A DNA stretch of 64,000 bases from a virus. Its lineage: Duplodnaviria; Caudoviricetes. The stretch is from the IMG/VR virus record IMGVR_UViG_3300037808_002146. One strand, written 5' to 3'. Within the stretch, counting starts at the first letter, position 1. Each line of letters starts with the position of its first letter. Under the pieces are notes generated by a model. That model ran no database searches and was not told the DNA's origin. It was given only the letters and a program-made list of their open reading frames with translations. The translations under genes and the position numbers were made by a program. Of this stretch, positions 47,201-57,800 are shown one piece after another.

Positions 47201-50200
47201 AGCGAGGTCAGAGATATCTTCTGGTCGAATTCCAGATCTAATTGAGTGTAAGTCAACTGGGGCGTTCGTTGTTGTCCCGGGACTATATACACGATAATCA
47301 TGATTACTCATGCTGCTATATTCAGACATAACTTTGCACAATACATCAAACTGCCAATTCCATGCTAGCTTTGCAGGGTGGTGAGAAGCATCTGTTTGCG
47401 GGACAGGAATTGGGCCGTGGATAGAATTCCGCATATGATTGCCCAAATCATTTAACTCAACTGTAGTAGTGTTGTCTCGATAGCCTGAATATGGACGCAG
47501 ACGGATTATCCCGGGATTTTCTGCTTTAGTTGGAACAGTGTTACCCTTGAAAAAAGTAGCTATTATACTAATCAAATCATTGTAGGAGCCATTTGTTGAA
47601 CCTAGCCCAGACTTGTCGGCAGGTATGACTCCGTTAATTTGTCCAGTATTTACATCTGTGTGCGCGGCTTTATACGCTTTCATAAATTGGTAAGAAGTCT
47701 TGCATACCGTGATCTCTAGAGTAACTTTCTTAATCTTTGCTTCTCGCGGGGGGTGCAAGGTATGAAGCACAAAAGCTGGGTTACTTTTGGACGCCTCGTG
47801 GAGAGCATCTATGGCCTCGTCAGTGGACGATGAATGATTTCGTTTATGTTGGCTGATTAGCTTATTGACCGCAGGAAATCTTTTAACTAATTTGCTATAT
47901 ATTTTCGGAGGTGTTGTTCCTAATCGCTGTTCATAAAACTTATTCAAATTTTCAAACCCAGTATCGGTAGAAATCAATAAATCTTTTTTTATTTTTTCTC
48001 TTTCTGGTCCATCAGGAAACTGATTTAAATTAGTGAGTTGGTGATCTTCCATTTCCACCCTAAAATTAGAGTCAAAATATTTATCATCAAAGCGAGTATT
48101 GTTATGTTGATTTATTCCTAAATTGTATACAAACCCAAAGCAAGAACGAGGTAATATCTCCAGAGATTTAAAAGGCGACCGCGGTCTCTGCGAGTTTTGT
48201 GCCTGCAAGCTAGATTGAGTTTCTTGGGCGTAATGTTTAATCCGACCGCGGTCGTCCTCCTTCGGTATAAGCGAGTCATAGTGAGATAAAGTTTCGGTAG
48301 ATATAATTTTAAGCGAGTGAATCTCACCTGTCGATGAAGATTTTTCTCTTAAACCAACGTAGCGTGCAACTGCAGCTTTACCGGTCGATGTACTTGGGTG
48401 TTGTCCGGACAGCAAGTCGACATCACCGGAGACGTGGTTTTCTTGAAATTTAGTCGCAAATCTAGAAAAATCAGAATCTATTGATAGATGAGGCAAAAAC
48501 CCTAGCTTCATAGCCTTAGCTAGAATGGTGAAGTCGGGGGCGCGACCATCCACAGTTTTTCTAGAAAATTTTAGTTTAAATTGTGGTTCTCTTGAAACCT
48601 CCATATCAGCTTTACTAAAGAAAACCGCAGCCCGGGCAGCTAAATCGCTTAAATCTTCAGTCAACTCTCTTTTTCTTTGCTGAGATTCTTCAAGAGTAGT
48701 AGCACCAAATGTTGTGTAATCTGCATGTGGAGAACCACCACTACCCTTACCACCAGAGTTAGGTGGAAGGTATTGATTTATAGTTGCAAATACTTCTCTG
48801 CTCGCAGCATTGAAACCATTAAGGTACGAAGCGTCTAATGGGCCGAGAAGATCAGGCGATTCCGTATAGACTCCGTCTTGCCACATGTCTTCTCTGTAAA
48901 CTGATTTGCTGAATTCAAACTTCATTTCAACATTGGGGAGAGAAGAAATTAAACTATCTGCAATTGTGCAATACTCCCAAACAACTTCAAATATTTCTTT
49001 TTGTGTCATATGGAGATGGCCAGAATCTAAAAGTCCGAGATAATTCAAAATTCCTATTTCATTTTTTTGAAACGAAGATTTAAATTGCTGTTCGAACATA
49101 TTTTCGCTAGAATCATCGGGAAAGCCATAAAATAATATTGCGCATATATTTTCTGCCAAAGATATTAAAATATTATCCCTTCTATCAAAATTTAATACTT
49201 TATCTCTGATTCCTTTTAGCGCTGAATCTTTAAAACTATTTGCTACAGGGTTTTCATCTGTCTCCATTAACATGCTAGCAAAACCGTTTGTAGTACGATT
49301 GTAGCCAGCTGCAATGCCTGTAATCCCGATTACTTCCCCAAATCGCGTTTCGAAAATTGGATCGCCTTGAGCATTATACCTTATTTGAGATTGCCTAGCC
49401 GATTTTCTGCCATATTCATGAAGCCTAGAATCATCATCGTCAAACAAAATTTCAGCTTGATTATTTTCAGCTCCGTTAGTCAAAAAGTCTCCGATAACCA
49501 AAGACCATTTATCTCTAGTGGCTGCTGGATTACTTTGCAAGAAAGATTTCACCGCAGCAGCGCGCTGGTGATTTGAATTTGATGAAGCTCCAGCTGCAGT
49601 AAGACGGCTAGCTACATCATTCAAAATTTCCCTATATTGATTTCGAGCTGAATCTATCAATCCGGGTAACGTGTTTACTCTTCGCTGCTGATCTTTTATG
49701 TTATCAAAAATTCCGTGTGTTGGACCGTCTCCCGAGTTAAAACACTCAGATTTCATATCCTCAACTAAGAAGCTGTTAACCCTTGATTTTGTTTCAAGAT
49801 CTATAGACGAAAAAGTATCGTTATCTCTCAGCGTAACCTGGGCTGCATCAAAAAAATCTCTAATATTAGGGAAACGCCCGGTGATTTCATCTTGCAAGTT
49901 CTCTTTAAACTGGCTATAAAGAGCGTCTGCGATTCTAGGAAATTTTTCCGTGTTAACACGATCTGGATTATCGGCATCAAACTGCATAAAATAGGGAGTT
50001 CTCATACTATTTCCTGATGTATCATAATCGGAAATTTGTAATAATATGCACCAGAATATGAATTCTTTCCGTTTGGCCGGAGAAACATACTGGACAAAAG
50101 TTGAATTAAGGAGACAAGATAATTCCTTAGAAACGCTATTTTCAGAGCCGCCTGTAAATTTGTTGAATATTTTTCCAGTTATTTCGTCAGTATTTGGATT

Positions 50201-52141
50201 TATAACGTTGTTTGCGACTAAATCACCAGAGTATTCGCCAGTCAAATCAAACTCGGCCGTGCTAGCAAAAGTCCCCGAATTCGAAATTTTTATCTCGTAG
50301 GTAGCGAGTGAGGCGATGTCGGTGTGATCAATAACTGAAACTTTCTCAAGTGCGGCGTTAGTAATAAATTGTCCAACGAGGCCGTGCGTTAGGTGAGCTA
50401 CAACGTTTCTATGATCAAGCAACAGTAAAGCATTTTTAGCATTGTAGTTAGATTCGCTGTTTATAGGACAAAGTTGCAGCTTTAAACTACTCATGAAGTT
50501 TTTTAATTGGTCCGGACCATAATCAAACGTGAATTTATTCATCCTTGTAAGATCATCCACGGGGAATGCGGCGTTGGGGTTAGAAATTCTAAAATCAACC
50601 AAATTTAAAAGAGTAGACTTCTTAAAGTCCATGGAGTCTTTCAAAGATAAAAAGTGAATTACTTTTTCGTCTTTTTTTATAAGGTGATCAGAAGTTAGAT
50701 AAGGCGATATTACGATAGAGTTTCTTTCATCTATCCTCAGTTTTCGACTCATTAGTTTTTCGATGTCGTCTTGGCTTGATTGATCTTGAAGATCAATAAC
50801 TGACTTGCCTTCTTCGCTTTTTAAGCCTTTTAAATAAACTCGTTTTTGTGGATTGTTTTTTAAAAAATAAGAATTTAAAAACATCCTTCTAATTTTGTGT
50901 GCCTTAACGTACACATTACTGCCGTGGTAGATTTTAATTTCTTGAATATCACCTCGATATACATCAAAACTGCCGAGACGTTGGGCGTTGATGGCGGTGG
51001 TGTCGTCGTAGAGATCATCATCCGAGCGATATGAAAACTTTTCGTCTTTTAAAAAAGTGCCAATGTGTCTAGAAGACTCTATTACTGATTTTATATATCC
51101 CTGCTCTGTTTGAGGGAAATCTAAAGCAAAGTGGGTGAAGTCGCGTTGTTGCGACGCGAATGATTTGTAAGAAAAGCCCTTAGCGATTCCAAAATTTTTG
51201 TAGAATTCATTTTTAGCGCTGAATTCATCATTAAATTGTTTGAGGAGATCATCATCGCCCATCGGGCCGACGTTTTCTGCTAAGGAATCCCCCTTGTCAT
51301 GTATGTTATTATAGGAAAGGTTGAGCGCGCCTTTTTCATGGAAAGGAGTGTGAGAAAAAACTGACTTAAGAAAATGTTCAGCTAAATAAATGTTTGCGTA
51401 ACCCTGCTTCAAATTTGAGACAACAATCGAATTCTCTAAACTTTTATATGATTGGCGTGTTGTGTCGTATATCATTCCCGGTCCAGGACCGGCTATTGAA
51501 ATTGTCATTTGGTCGGGATTTATAAGACGGTGCATTGCAGAGATTGCGTCGGGGGTGGAAGTGGCGATTGAGCCGGCGTGCTCAGGGCCAATTGCCATAT
51601 CGGCAAATAAGCAACCAGCAACCCATTCCCTCCACTCGCGTGCGTTTTCATTCCTGCACCAGATTCTCGCAGCACCGGATGACCGGTTTCTAGACTCTTC
51701 ATCCGGGACAGCGTCGGGGTCTAAGCTCATGTTTAGGGTTGCGTAATCAAAGTCTGCAAGAATGTGCACTGGTTTTCTAATATTTTGAAGTTTAAGAAAA
51801 TTAGATCCTTGATCCCCTTTTAGAAAATCAATCAAATTTGAATCTTCATAATTAGGGTTCCTATCAGAACCAGCAATCGAGTTGTTATGTGGGGCATCTA
51901 ATAACGTAGTTCTGACTTCATCTCCAGACAAAATTGTACCAATGAAATTGCCTAGTGGAATGTTACTTAGTATTGCTGCTTCAATCGGGGCAAAAGTAAA
52001 CTCCGTTATGTTTTGTGGGAAGCGGGTAAATGACCTAAAAGCGCTGGAGAATATACTAGAGCTTCGAGTTGATGCAGCTGCAGCTGTCAATGCGGAACTA
52101 GCATTTCCAGATAAGCTAGATAAACCTCTTATGATAGCCAT
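44216..52141 (-). CDS. Giant hypothetical protein (2641 aa), probably virion/baseplate-associated
   Basis: Uninterrupted 7.9 kb ORF; GGAGG RBS; tightly packed against both neighbours; no motif recognised. Confidence 0.8.
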   Translation of the reverse strand: MAIIRGLSSLSGNASSALTAAAASTRSSSIFSSAFRSFTRFPQNITEFTFAPIEAAILSNIPLGNFIGTILSGDEVRTTLLDAPHNNSIAGSDRNPNYEDSNLIDFLKGDQGSNFLKLQNIRKPVHILADFDYATLNMSLDPDAVPDEESRNRSSGAARIWCRNENAREWREWVAGCLFADMAIGPEHAGSIATSTPDAISAMHRLINPDQMTISIAGPGPGMIYDTTRQSYKSLENSIVVSNLKQGYANIYLAEHFLKSVFSHTPFHEKGALNLSYNNIHDKGDSLAENVGPMGDDDLLKQFNDEFSAKNEFYKNFGIAKGFSYKSFASQQRDFTHFALDFPQTEQGYIKSVIESSRHIGTFLKDEKFSYRSDDDLYDDTTAINAQRLGSFDVYRGDIQEIKIYHGSNVYVKAHKIRRMFLNSYFLKNNPQKRVYLKGLKSEEGKSVIDLQDQSSQDDIEKLMSRKLRIDERNSIVISPYLTSDHLIKKDEKVIHFLSLKDSMDFKKSTLLNLVDFRISNPNAAFPVDDLTRMNKFTFDYGPDQLKNFMSSLKLQLCPINSESNYNAKNALLLLDHRNVVAHLTHGLVGQFITNAALEKVSVIDHTDIASLATYEIKISNSGTFASTAEFDLTGEYSGDLVANNVINPNTDEITGKIFNKFTGGSENSVSKELSCLLNSTFVQYVSPAKRKEFIFWCILLQISDYDTSGNSMRTPYFMQFDADNPDRVNTEKFPRIADALYSQFKENLQDEITGRFPNIRDFFDAAQVTLRDNDTFSSIDLETKSRVNSFLVEDMKSECFNSGDGPTHGIFDNIKDQQRRVNTLPGLIDSARNQYREILNDVASRLTAAGASSNSNHQRAAAVKSFLQSNPAATRDKWSLVIGDFLTNGAENNQAEILFDDDDSRLHEYGRKSARQSQIRYNAQGDPIFETRFGEVIGITGIAAGYNRTTNGFASMLMETDENPVANSFKDSALKGIRDKVLNFDRRDNILISLAENICAILFYGFPDDSSENMFEQQFKSSFQKNEIGILNYLGLLDSGHLHMTQKEIFEVVWEYCTIADSLISSLPNVEMKFEFSKSVYREDMWQDGVYTESPDLLGPLDASYLNGFNAASREVFATINQYLPPNSGGKGSGGSPHADYTTFGATTLEESQQRKRELTEDLSDLAARAAVFFSKADMEVSREPQFKLKFSRKTVDGRAPDFTILAKAMKLGFLPHLSIDSDFSRFATKFQENHVSGDVDLLSGQHPSTSTGKAAVARYVGLREKSSSTGEIHSLKIISTETLSHYDSLIPKEDDRGRIKHYAQETQSSLQAQNSQRPRSPFKSLEILPRSCFGFVYNLGINQHNNTRFDDKYFDSNFRVEMEDHQLTNLNQFPDGPEREKIKKDLLISTDTGFENLNKFYEQRLGTTPPKIYSKLVKRFPAVNKLISQHKRNHSSSTDEAIDALHEASKSNPAFVLHTLHPPREAKIKKVTLEITVCKTSYQFMKAYKAAHTDVNTGQINGVIPADKSGLGSTNGSYNDLISIIATFFKGNTVPTKAENPGIIRLRPYSGYRDNTTTVELNDLGNHMRNSIHGPIPVPQTDASHHPAKLAWNWQFDVLCKVMSEYSSMSNHDYRVYSPGTTTNAPVDLHSIRSGIRPEDISDLAGAYVWNKGSGRGYSQDIQDWLEDWASPRDRTAGHPHEWSNYYFYRAQTSTSAGAYYRANMDHRISDSSPINADRSSWPNSPQKAILGSLKSGTTYSYIPDNPDDRIIQDTALGIPIIPEFFHANKHKTIKSDEKIKIEVYLASNDGGSTYTHYSTERIESHQHEHPSARPIDTLLGVHTDALAYIFLRPDVVTGLQYKFNRLDPKYLGPIIRDTSELSFEGYFANEQLPFLPSFDWGKHLHDALTNVPVASHSDSAWRHPTTPITTENFLGITLPDLSLHFREICEQMAVAEIPAALGFLNSVRYSIERYITLHDEDMDSNQKAWLRTIPHNIPYFYDWRIQYPSLELDMSFQTTTVRDEYDILADINWGYIKGHSDDFSNPGSNFTQEPVMDIYHLENQYLDFVSLQEKYADTCAKAFPATMTAMTKNIDKFLSTPSGVSDLASNKQPPVYSPYSSFRDSNSTSIVGKASSANISREIKEFITNNGFLGVTPDTISSLDCIYRLYKEQYGTLTSGFDYQTFSANHKGRGLRISNDMTIQVPFKLSPYDIQTPHQIRGQLAVQQTHPIQKWKVYERGFADPEVYGAAALDSNFTRVCFIGIESGELQKILDAPLETYNDRADSLDTDKLENFQVKLELFDFFRPWLKFEYIEPIYFSRQKPWRIYSPSLHGNALMSDYDYLSKNHMISPTVKNLLTDGLISPVKHGQTARGAGPSFGGNDQEDKYNKMDIFLKAYASKVLGLDFFSFMIPRRGTTPPISDYSLDSSSGEGLLPEERNYQEYLNEYTKILFDQIKVAQESKNLSSVGHILKYFFERKTTIDQSSTIIHQDGFGRSSLIAGESGFGLFSPDVVSDVDGDFPKFFPYKFSKPITETSLAAAEILTAVNEYSSNIMKEFRNGFMFDRIVGIPYKLSNFEISQEIRTELSGESIDLSTLERENYVRNNNGTITLTGDYFKQLLASLPYLDTTEDNEGKVTTSALYPLTLRASICRKGEE

Positions 52142-54853
52142 TTAATTAACCTCCTGGATATTTTTTTTGATATCTTTAATAACAACAGTAGTTGCTCCTA
52201 ACATACTATCTACTTTATAATCGGAATATACTGTATATACTTTGAACTTAACTTTTGAAGTTACCCCTAGAAAAGAAAAAGTTCTAATTTTATATTCATG
52301 GGAAAAATTAACGAAAGGATGACTAGTTACCGGGATTTCTAATCCATTTACCTCAGCGGTCACCACAAAAAAGTCAACATGCTTATTATCGCGCATGGGA
52401 TGTACGACTTCTGGATTACATTTCCAAGAAACAATACACTCACCATCGTCTGGATAATATAGACTTTCTAAATTTGTTATCTTTGTTTTGTTGAGAAGGG
52501 TATCTCCAGGATTTTTGCCTACCTCAAATATGCCGCCATTACATGTGACATTATTGAAGGCATCATTCGAATTAAACTTGGAATTCTTTTTGTATTCAGT
52601 TCGTCCCGTTTTTGGATTTAAAACGGCAACTGGTAAAGTCCCGGTAGAAATAGTAAAACTATTAAAATATGCTGCAGTTCTTCTAAGAAATATTTCTCTA
52701 GTTTTTTTGTTTTGAATTTTTTCAAGACCACTGTCTACGATATCTAGCGGATTAGATATCATTAAGTTGTAGCTTACAATTTGGCCGGTATGCGAGAAAT
52801 TTTCTATAGGTACTTTGAATTCTAATTTTTCTCGATTTTCTTCTAAGTTTAGAAATACTCTTTTGCCAAAATTGCCAGTAGATTTATAATAGTACTCTAC
52901 TTGGAGTTGTAATATATCACCTATGTTTTTTAAATTTTCGCCTATCTTCTCTGCAAACAATTCTTCATAAAATTTAGCAGCCTCAGCATTAGTCCCTTGT
53001 TTAGAGGAAAATGCTCGCTTTAAACCATCCTGTATTTTTGCTGCAATGTTTTCTAATGATGTTTCAAGCGATACAGAGGCGTAAGCTCTATCTAATACAC
53101 CATTATACCTTAGTTTGTAACCTTTCTTACACCTTGGCAAGGTTCTGTGAATTATAGATAATGGTTCTTCTATAGGCGTACCATCTATGTGGGCTAGATA
53201 TATTTTATACTTGTATTTAGAATCGGCGACAGGATCTGTATGCTCTATTTCTGGAACTTCAGAATTAAATACTGGAATCCTAAAGTTGGATCCAGTGCCT
53301 ATTGGTTCACATACTACTTTATGAATTTTAACCTCTGGTGTCAATCCGATTATTTTTATAATATTCGTTGGGAAATTTTCTAAACCATTTCTAGAAATAG
53401 TAGTAACGTAAGTCTTTATATTACTCAGTTGTTGTTTAAAAACCGTTCTATTATAATGCCCCAAGATCTTGCATGGCTTTACAGTCGAATTTACCTTAAT
53501 CTCGCCTGTCCTTTTATTAGTTATGATATCCCTTTTGAGTATATTATCGCCAATAGCTGGCAAATCTATTGTTGTCATAAGATTTATTGCATTGGCTGCT
53601 TTTAAATCGTAAAACTTAAAGCCTGAATTGATATTTTTATCATAGCTTACTACCCTGGTACTCGAGTAAACTCCAATATCCGAATTGTCGAATTGATTTT
53701 TTTCTATTGCGATATCATTGACTAAACAATCATCATCATTTCTATATTGCTGTGGCATGGAAATTGGATAGTTTCCTAAATCGTCGACTCGAGAAACTTT
53801 AGAGATATTTTTTTGATTTCTAAACGTATTGTTTGCTTTAACTGTTTCAATAACTTCGCCAATAGAGTCTTTTCGGGTTAAGGCAATTGTAATATTCTCG
53901 ATGACGTTTATATCAAAACCAAAGTAAACAAAACTAGCAGTAATTTTTTTCAAATTACTAAAACTGTTGACCAGGGAAACATCGCTTTCGTATGGCTTCA
54001 GATGTCCATTGTCATCTATCAAGCTCATCGCTTCTATCTCAGCGTCTCTTATAAATTCGGCAAACATCTCAATCTCTTCTTGAGATAATTTTGATATTTC
54101 ACTTCGGCCGTCATTAGATTTTATAAAATTTGCTTTTAAAAAAGATTGCATTGGGTCTTTTTTTTGAGCGATTAAATGATGACAAGCTTTTTGAAAATTA
54201 GAGTAATTTGAATCATTTTCATGCCTATTTTTTGAAACTATACTTGTTATTTTCTTGTAGTCACTAGAGAGTGGTACGTTTTGGACAACTTTATTTCCGT
54301 TCGCTTTTTCTATATCTTCGTAATAAGAATTGCTATATAAGTATGCAACATCATCGACTATATTGATTTCCGGAAATTTAGAAGATATTTTGGGAATTCT
54401 TACTTTAGATTTCGGATTTATACTATCTTTAGTGCTGAAGGCTGCTTTGAAAAAAGCATCTCTATTTTTACCTCCGTCTAAGTTTCCGCTTAATACATCA
54501 GTGTCTTCGGCATGTTTAATTACGCCAGAAATGTAACTCACTACTTCCTGTTCTCTGGAATTTAGTCTTTCGTATAAATTTATTGATTTTATGCTTTTTT
54601 TGTTATCGCCACCTCCAGCGAAAATCTCTAAAGTATCATATCCAAATGGCAAAGCAAAAACATTGTAGTATATAGTAAACTTTACTTCGACATCCTTTTG
54701 ATTTGTTTTGCGATTTTCTTTTTCGCTGAGTATTCTAAAAAAATCGTCTTTTAAAACAATCATAGGACTATTAAAGATGCTCGGGAAGTTTGGAAGATCT
54801 CTAGGGCGACGAGGTTTAAGCCGAAACTTTTTTCTCATATATGGCAAAATCAT
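52142..54853 (-). CDS. Large hypothetical protein (903 aa)
   Basis: ORF track; abuts both neighbours; beta-sandwich-like C-terminus. Confidence 0.75.
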   Translation of the reverse strand: MILPYMRKKFRLKPRRPRDLPNFPSIFNSPMIVLKDDFFRILSEKENRKTNQKDVEVKFTIYYNVFALPFGYDTLEIFAGGGDNKKSIKSINLYERLNSREQEVVSYISGVIKHAEDTDVLSGNLDGGKNRDAFFKAAFSTKDSINPKSKVRIPKISSKFPEINIVDDVAYLYSNSYYEDIEKANGNKVVQNVPLSSDYKKITSIVSKNRHENDSNYSNFQKACHHLIAQKKDPMQSFLKANFIKSNDGRSEISKLSQEEIEMFAEFIRDAEIEAMSLIDDNGHLKPYESDVSLVNSFSNLKKITASFVYFGFDINVIENITIALTRKDSIGEVIETVKANNTFRNQKNISKVSRVDDLGNYPISMPQQYRNDDDCLVNDIAIEKNQFDNSDIGVYSSTRVVSYDKNINSGFKFYDLKAANAINLMTTIDLPAIGDNILKRDIITNKRTGEIKVNSTVKPCKILGHYNRTVFKQQLSNIKTYVTTISRNGLENFPTNIIKIIGLTPEVKIHKVVCEPIGTGSNFRIPVFNSEVPEIEHTDPVADSKYKYKIYLAHIDGTPIEEPLSIIHRTLPRCKKGYKLRYNGVLDRAYASVSLETSLENIAAKIQDGLKRAFSSKQGTNAEAAKFYEELFAEKIGENLKNIGDILQLQVEYYYKSTGNFGKRVFLNLEENREKLEFKVPIENFSHTGQIVSYNLMISNPLDIVDSGLEKIQNKKTREIFLRRTAAYFNSFTISTGTLPVAVLNPKTGRTEYKKNSKFNSNDAFNNVTCNGGIFEVGKNPGDTLLNKTKITNLESLYYPDDGECIVSWKCNPEVVHPMRDNKHVDFFVVTAEVNGLEIPVTSHPFVNFSHEYKIRTFSFLGVTSKVKFKVYTVYSDYKVDSMLGATTVVIKDIKKNIQEVN

Positions 54854-54854
54854 T

Positions 54855-57800
54855 TTAATCTCCCTCTATCAAACATTCTAGAGTAAATATAGGGAAAAAG
54901 TAAATTTTTGCCCCAGGAGTAGCGTCGCTAGCGTCATCGATGATTTTGCCAAAAGCGAAGACATGACTTAGATTATTCTCTTTTTCACCAAAATTAGAGT
55001 TTAGCGGATCGTGCCTTATTTTACCACCAAATATTTGCTCTCTACTCGAGTTTCCGGTGATCTCCACGGAAGTTTCGTATGCGTAATTTAAGTTTATGCT
55101 AGTATTAATGACGCCCAAATCCAATATTGCCAACTTTTCAAAAGTTACTTTTCCGTCTTCTTTAGCAACCTCAAACATTTGAATAAAAGAAGCGTTAGAT
55201 TCGCTGGTTGCTGTAAATTCAATTATTTCGCTAAAGCCATCTAATTGCCATTCTATATCGTTGGTCAATACGGAATTCGTGTCTCTAGTCAAATAATTAA
55301 TTAAACCAGCGTTGGAGTCATGCAAAGTTTCATCGGAACCTCCGATTCCTAGATTCCCCACCATACTTTCGATAGTTCTTTTGGGAATCAAAGATTTATA
55401 CCAACTCTCCATTAAAGACGTATACCTTTCTAACGACGCAGCTGCATTGATTCGTGTTTCTTGAAGGAGCCCTTCGTTTATTTTCTCTACGTTTTGTTCA
55501 GTATTACGTGATCTTCTTCGAAGGAAGTCTGTCCAAGCCATTACATCTTCAAGAGTATCTGGTTCCCCATCATGATTAAACGAAAAATAATCAGCAGCTA
55601 TCGGGGGTAAGAAAAAATAGTTTGGTAATCGAGAACTCGAGTGAGTAAGCTCGTCACCGTCTAATTCATTGTCCATGATCTCATTGAGATGATAAACAGT
55701 AGCTGCTTTTTTCAAAAAATCGCCAGATGCAGGGCCTCTAGTTGAGCTAATTTGCACTGCCTCAGCAGATATATAATTATGAGGGCTTTGGCCATAAACA
55801 GCCTCTACTAAGGGAAAACCTTCAACTCGAGTTTTAAAAAACCCAGTTTGTCCTAAAGGAATTTGGCTTTTTTCAGCATTATCTATGTTGTCTACCTTAT
55901 ACCTGCTAGCTTCCAAGAGGGAGCTAGGATCACCAGAATTCGTTTCTAAATCTAGATGCTGAAGTAGATTTAATTGTCTATAAGCTCTTAAGCTACCTGA
56001 CATTGCTGACTTAGCCCTGTTGGCCGCAGTAGATACTGTCGATCTGCTTACACCTCTTTCGAGTTGCTGTTCTTTTACATAGGAATCGGAGAGAGCCGCG
56101 AAATATAAACACGCTTCGTCTCTGATTGGGTTATAATTTATCCATTCACGGAGAGATTCTCTAGAATCAATTCTAGAACCACTTAACACTACAAACTCAT
56201 TTTTACCCTCCGGGGGGCTATTATACCTAACATAATGGTCTATAATTAAGTTTACTTCATCGCTCCCATTGTCTGTAGTATTTCTCCCTGTCACATTGAA
56301 TATATCGTTATCAGCAAAATTTGAAAACGTGTCATATTCTGTATTGAGAAGTTCGTTACCAAAAGCCGGAACAAGAAACCTAGGACGAGCGTAATTGCTT
56401 AATGGACTTGATGGAGATGGGAGTATAAAGTATTGGCACTCTTGAATATAACCTAACATTCTCCTAGATTCATTGGGTTGGGAATTAAGGGACGATAAAC
56501 TAACTCCTAAAACTAAATCAGTCATATTGTTAATTCTATTGTTTCCAGTTATATTTAACCTGACTGATTTTCTCTTATCACCATCAACGACAGCATGCAA
56601 AAATGAAGTAGTGTCAACTGCTCCGAGTTTACTCCCATAAACAACAGATATTCTATGCCATTTTTCCGGATCGATCTCGTTTGTTACTTCATGAGTAGTT
56701 ATTCCATCGTCTATAGAGTTATACACTAAAACCCTCAAGACTGGGCCGACTGTTATAACTTCTAACCTCTTTTTTCCACCTTGGAAAAACTGCATAATTG
56801 TTTGAGTTGGTACAGAGCCAGAAAAAGCTTCTTCTTTTAAGTTAAACCAAACTGAAACTTGATTTATGTACTTATCTAATATATCAATTACATTGCTATT
56901 TCCCCAATCAGTATCCCACCTCTCAGAGTTATAATGCTTCTCTTTTAAGTTGACTCTTATAAAGCTATTAGCTTTTGTTTTGTAAGATTTGTTTAAATCA
57001 GAAATTCTAGGCAGCGCAAATTCTTCAAAAATAGGAGTTGGGTCTATTACATTCTTGCTTGAAGCAGAGTCGTACGTCATATAGGCGGCGTTTGTTGCTA
57101 AAGGGCTGCTTGAAGATAAATTTTGCGCTATATTAGCACTTAAAAAATGTATACTATCAATATCAGCAATTTGCAAAGCTAAATCAGAATTATTTTCATT
57201 CTCAGCATCAGAATCATCCGCCGCAGCCTGATCTGCTCTTAGAGAAAAAGACGGAGAATAGATAACGCTTAAGTTAGGAGTATTACCAGTCGCAACTGCA
57301 GTTTGAACCGTGAATGCAATTCTTTTACCATTAGCTGCCTTAAAACCAACTGTATCTCCCACGCTAGCGTTAAAGTCTATATTACTATTAAAAGTTATAG
57401 TAGTTGTACTAGAAGTAAGAGCTCCACCTGTTAGCCCATTTGTAGAAACAACTGTTCTGCTGGTTCCTGTAGTTCTTTCAAAATTTAAAAAAGATGGATT
57501 ATTGAATTCGCTTAATTGATTTGCTGATTCATCAAATATCCACCAGCCCCTAAACCCGTTCGTTTTGTTATTATAAAAAAGTTCTTGTGATTTGCTCCCG
57601 CTTATGTGAAAAGAGCTTCTTAAATCATAATCGATTATTTTTTTATCAATGCCACTTCCGGTAACTACTTGAATTTGCCGGCCGTCGGGCGGTACTAGTA
57701 ACTCTCTGCCAAACATAGCAGATTCTGTCATAGGGCCATCATCGTCATCACCTTCGGCGAGAAAAGACGGTTGGGCTTCTGGATTTCTTAGTTCCATCAT

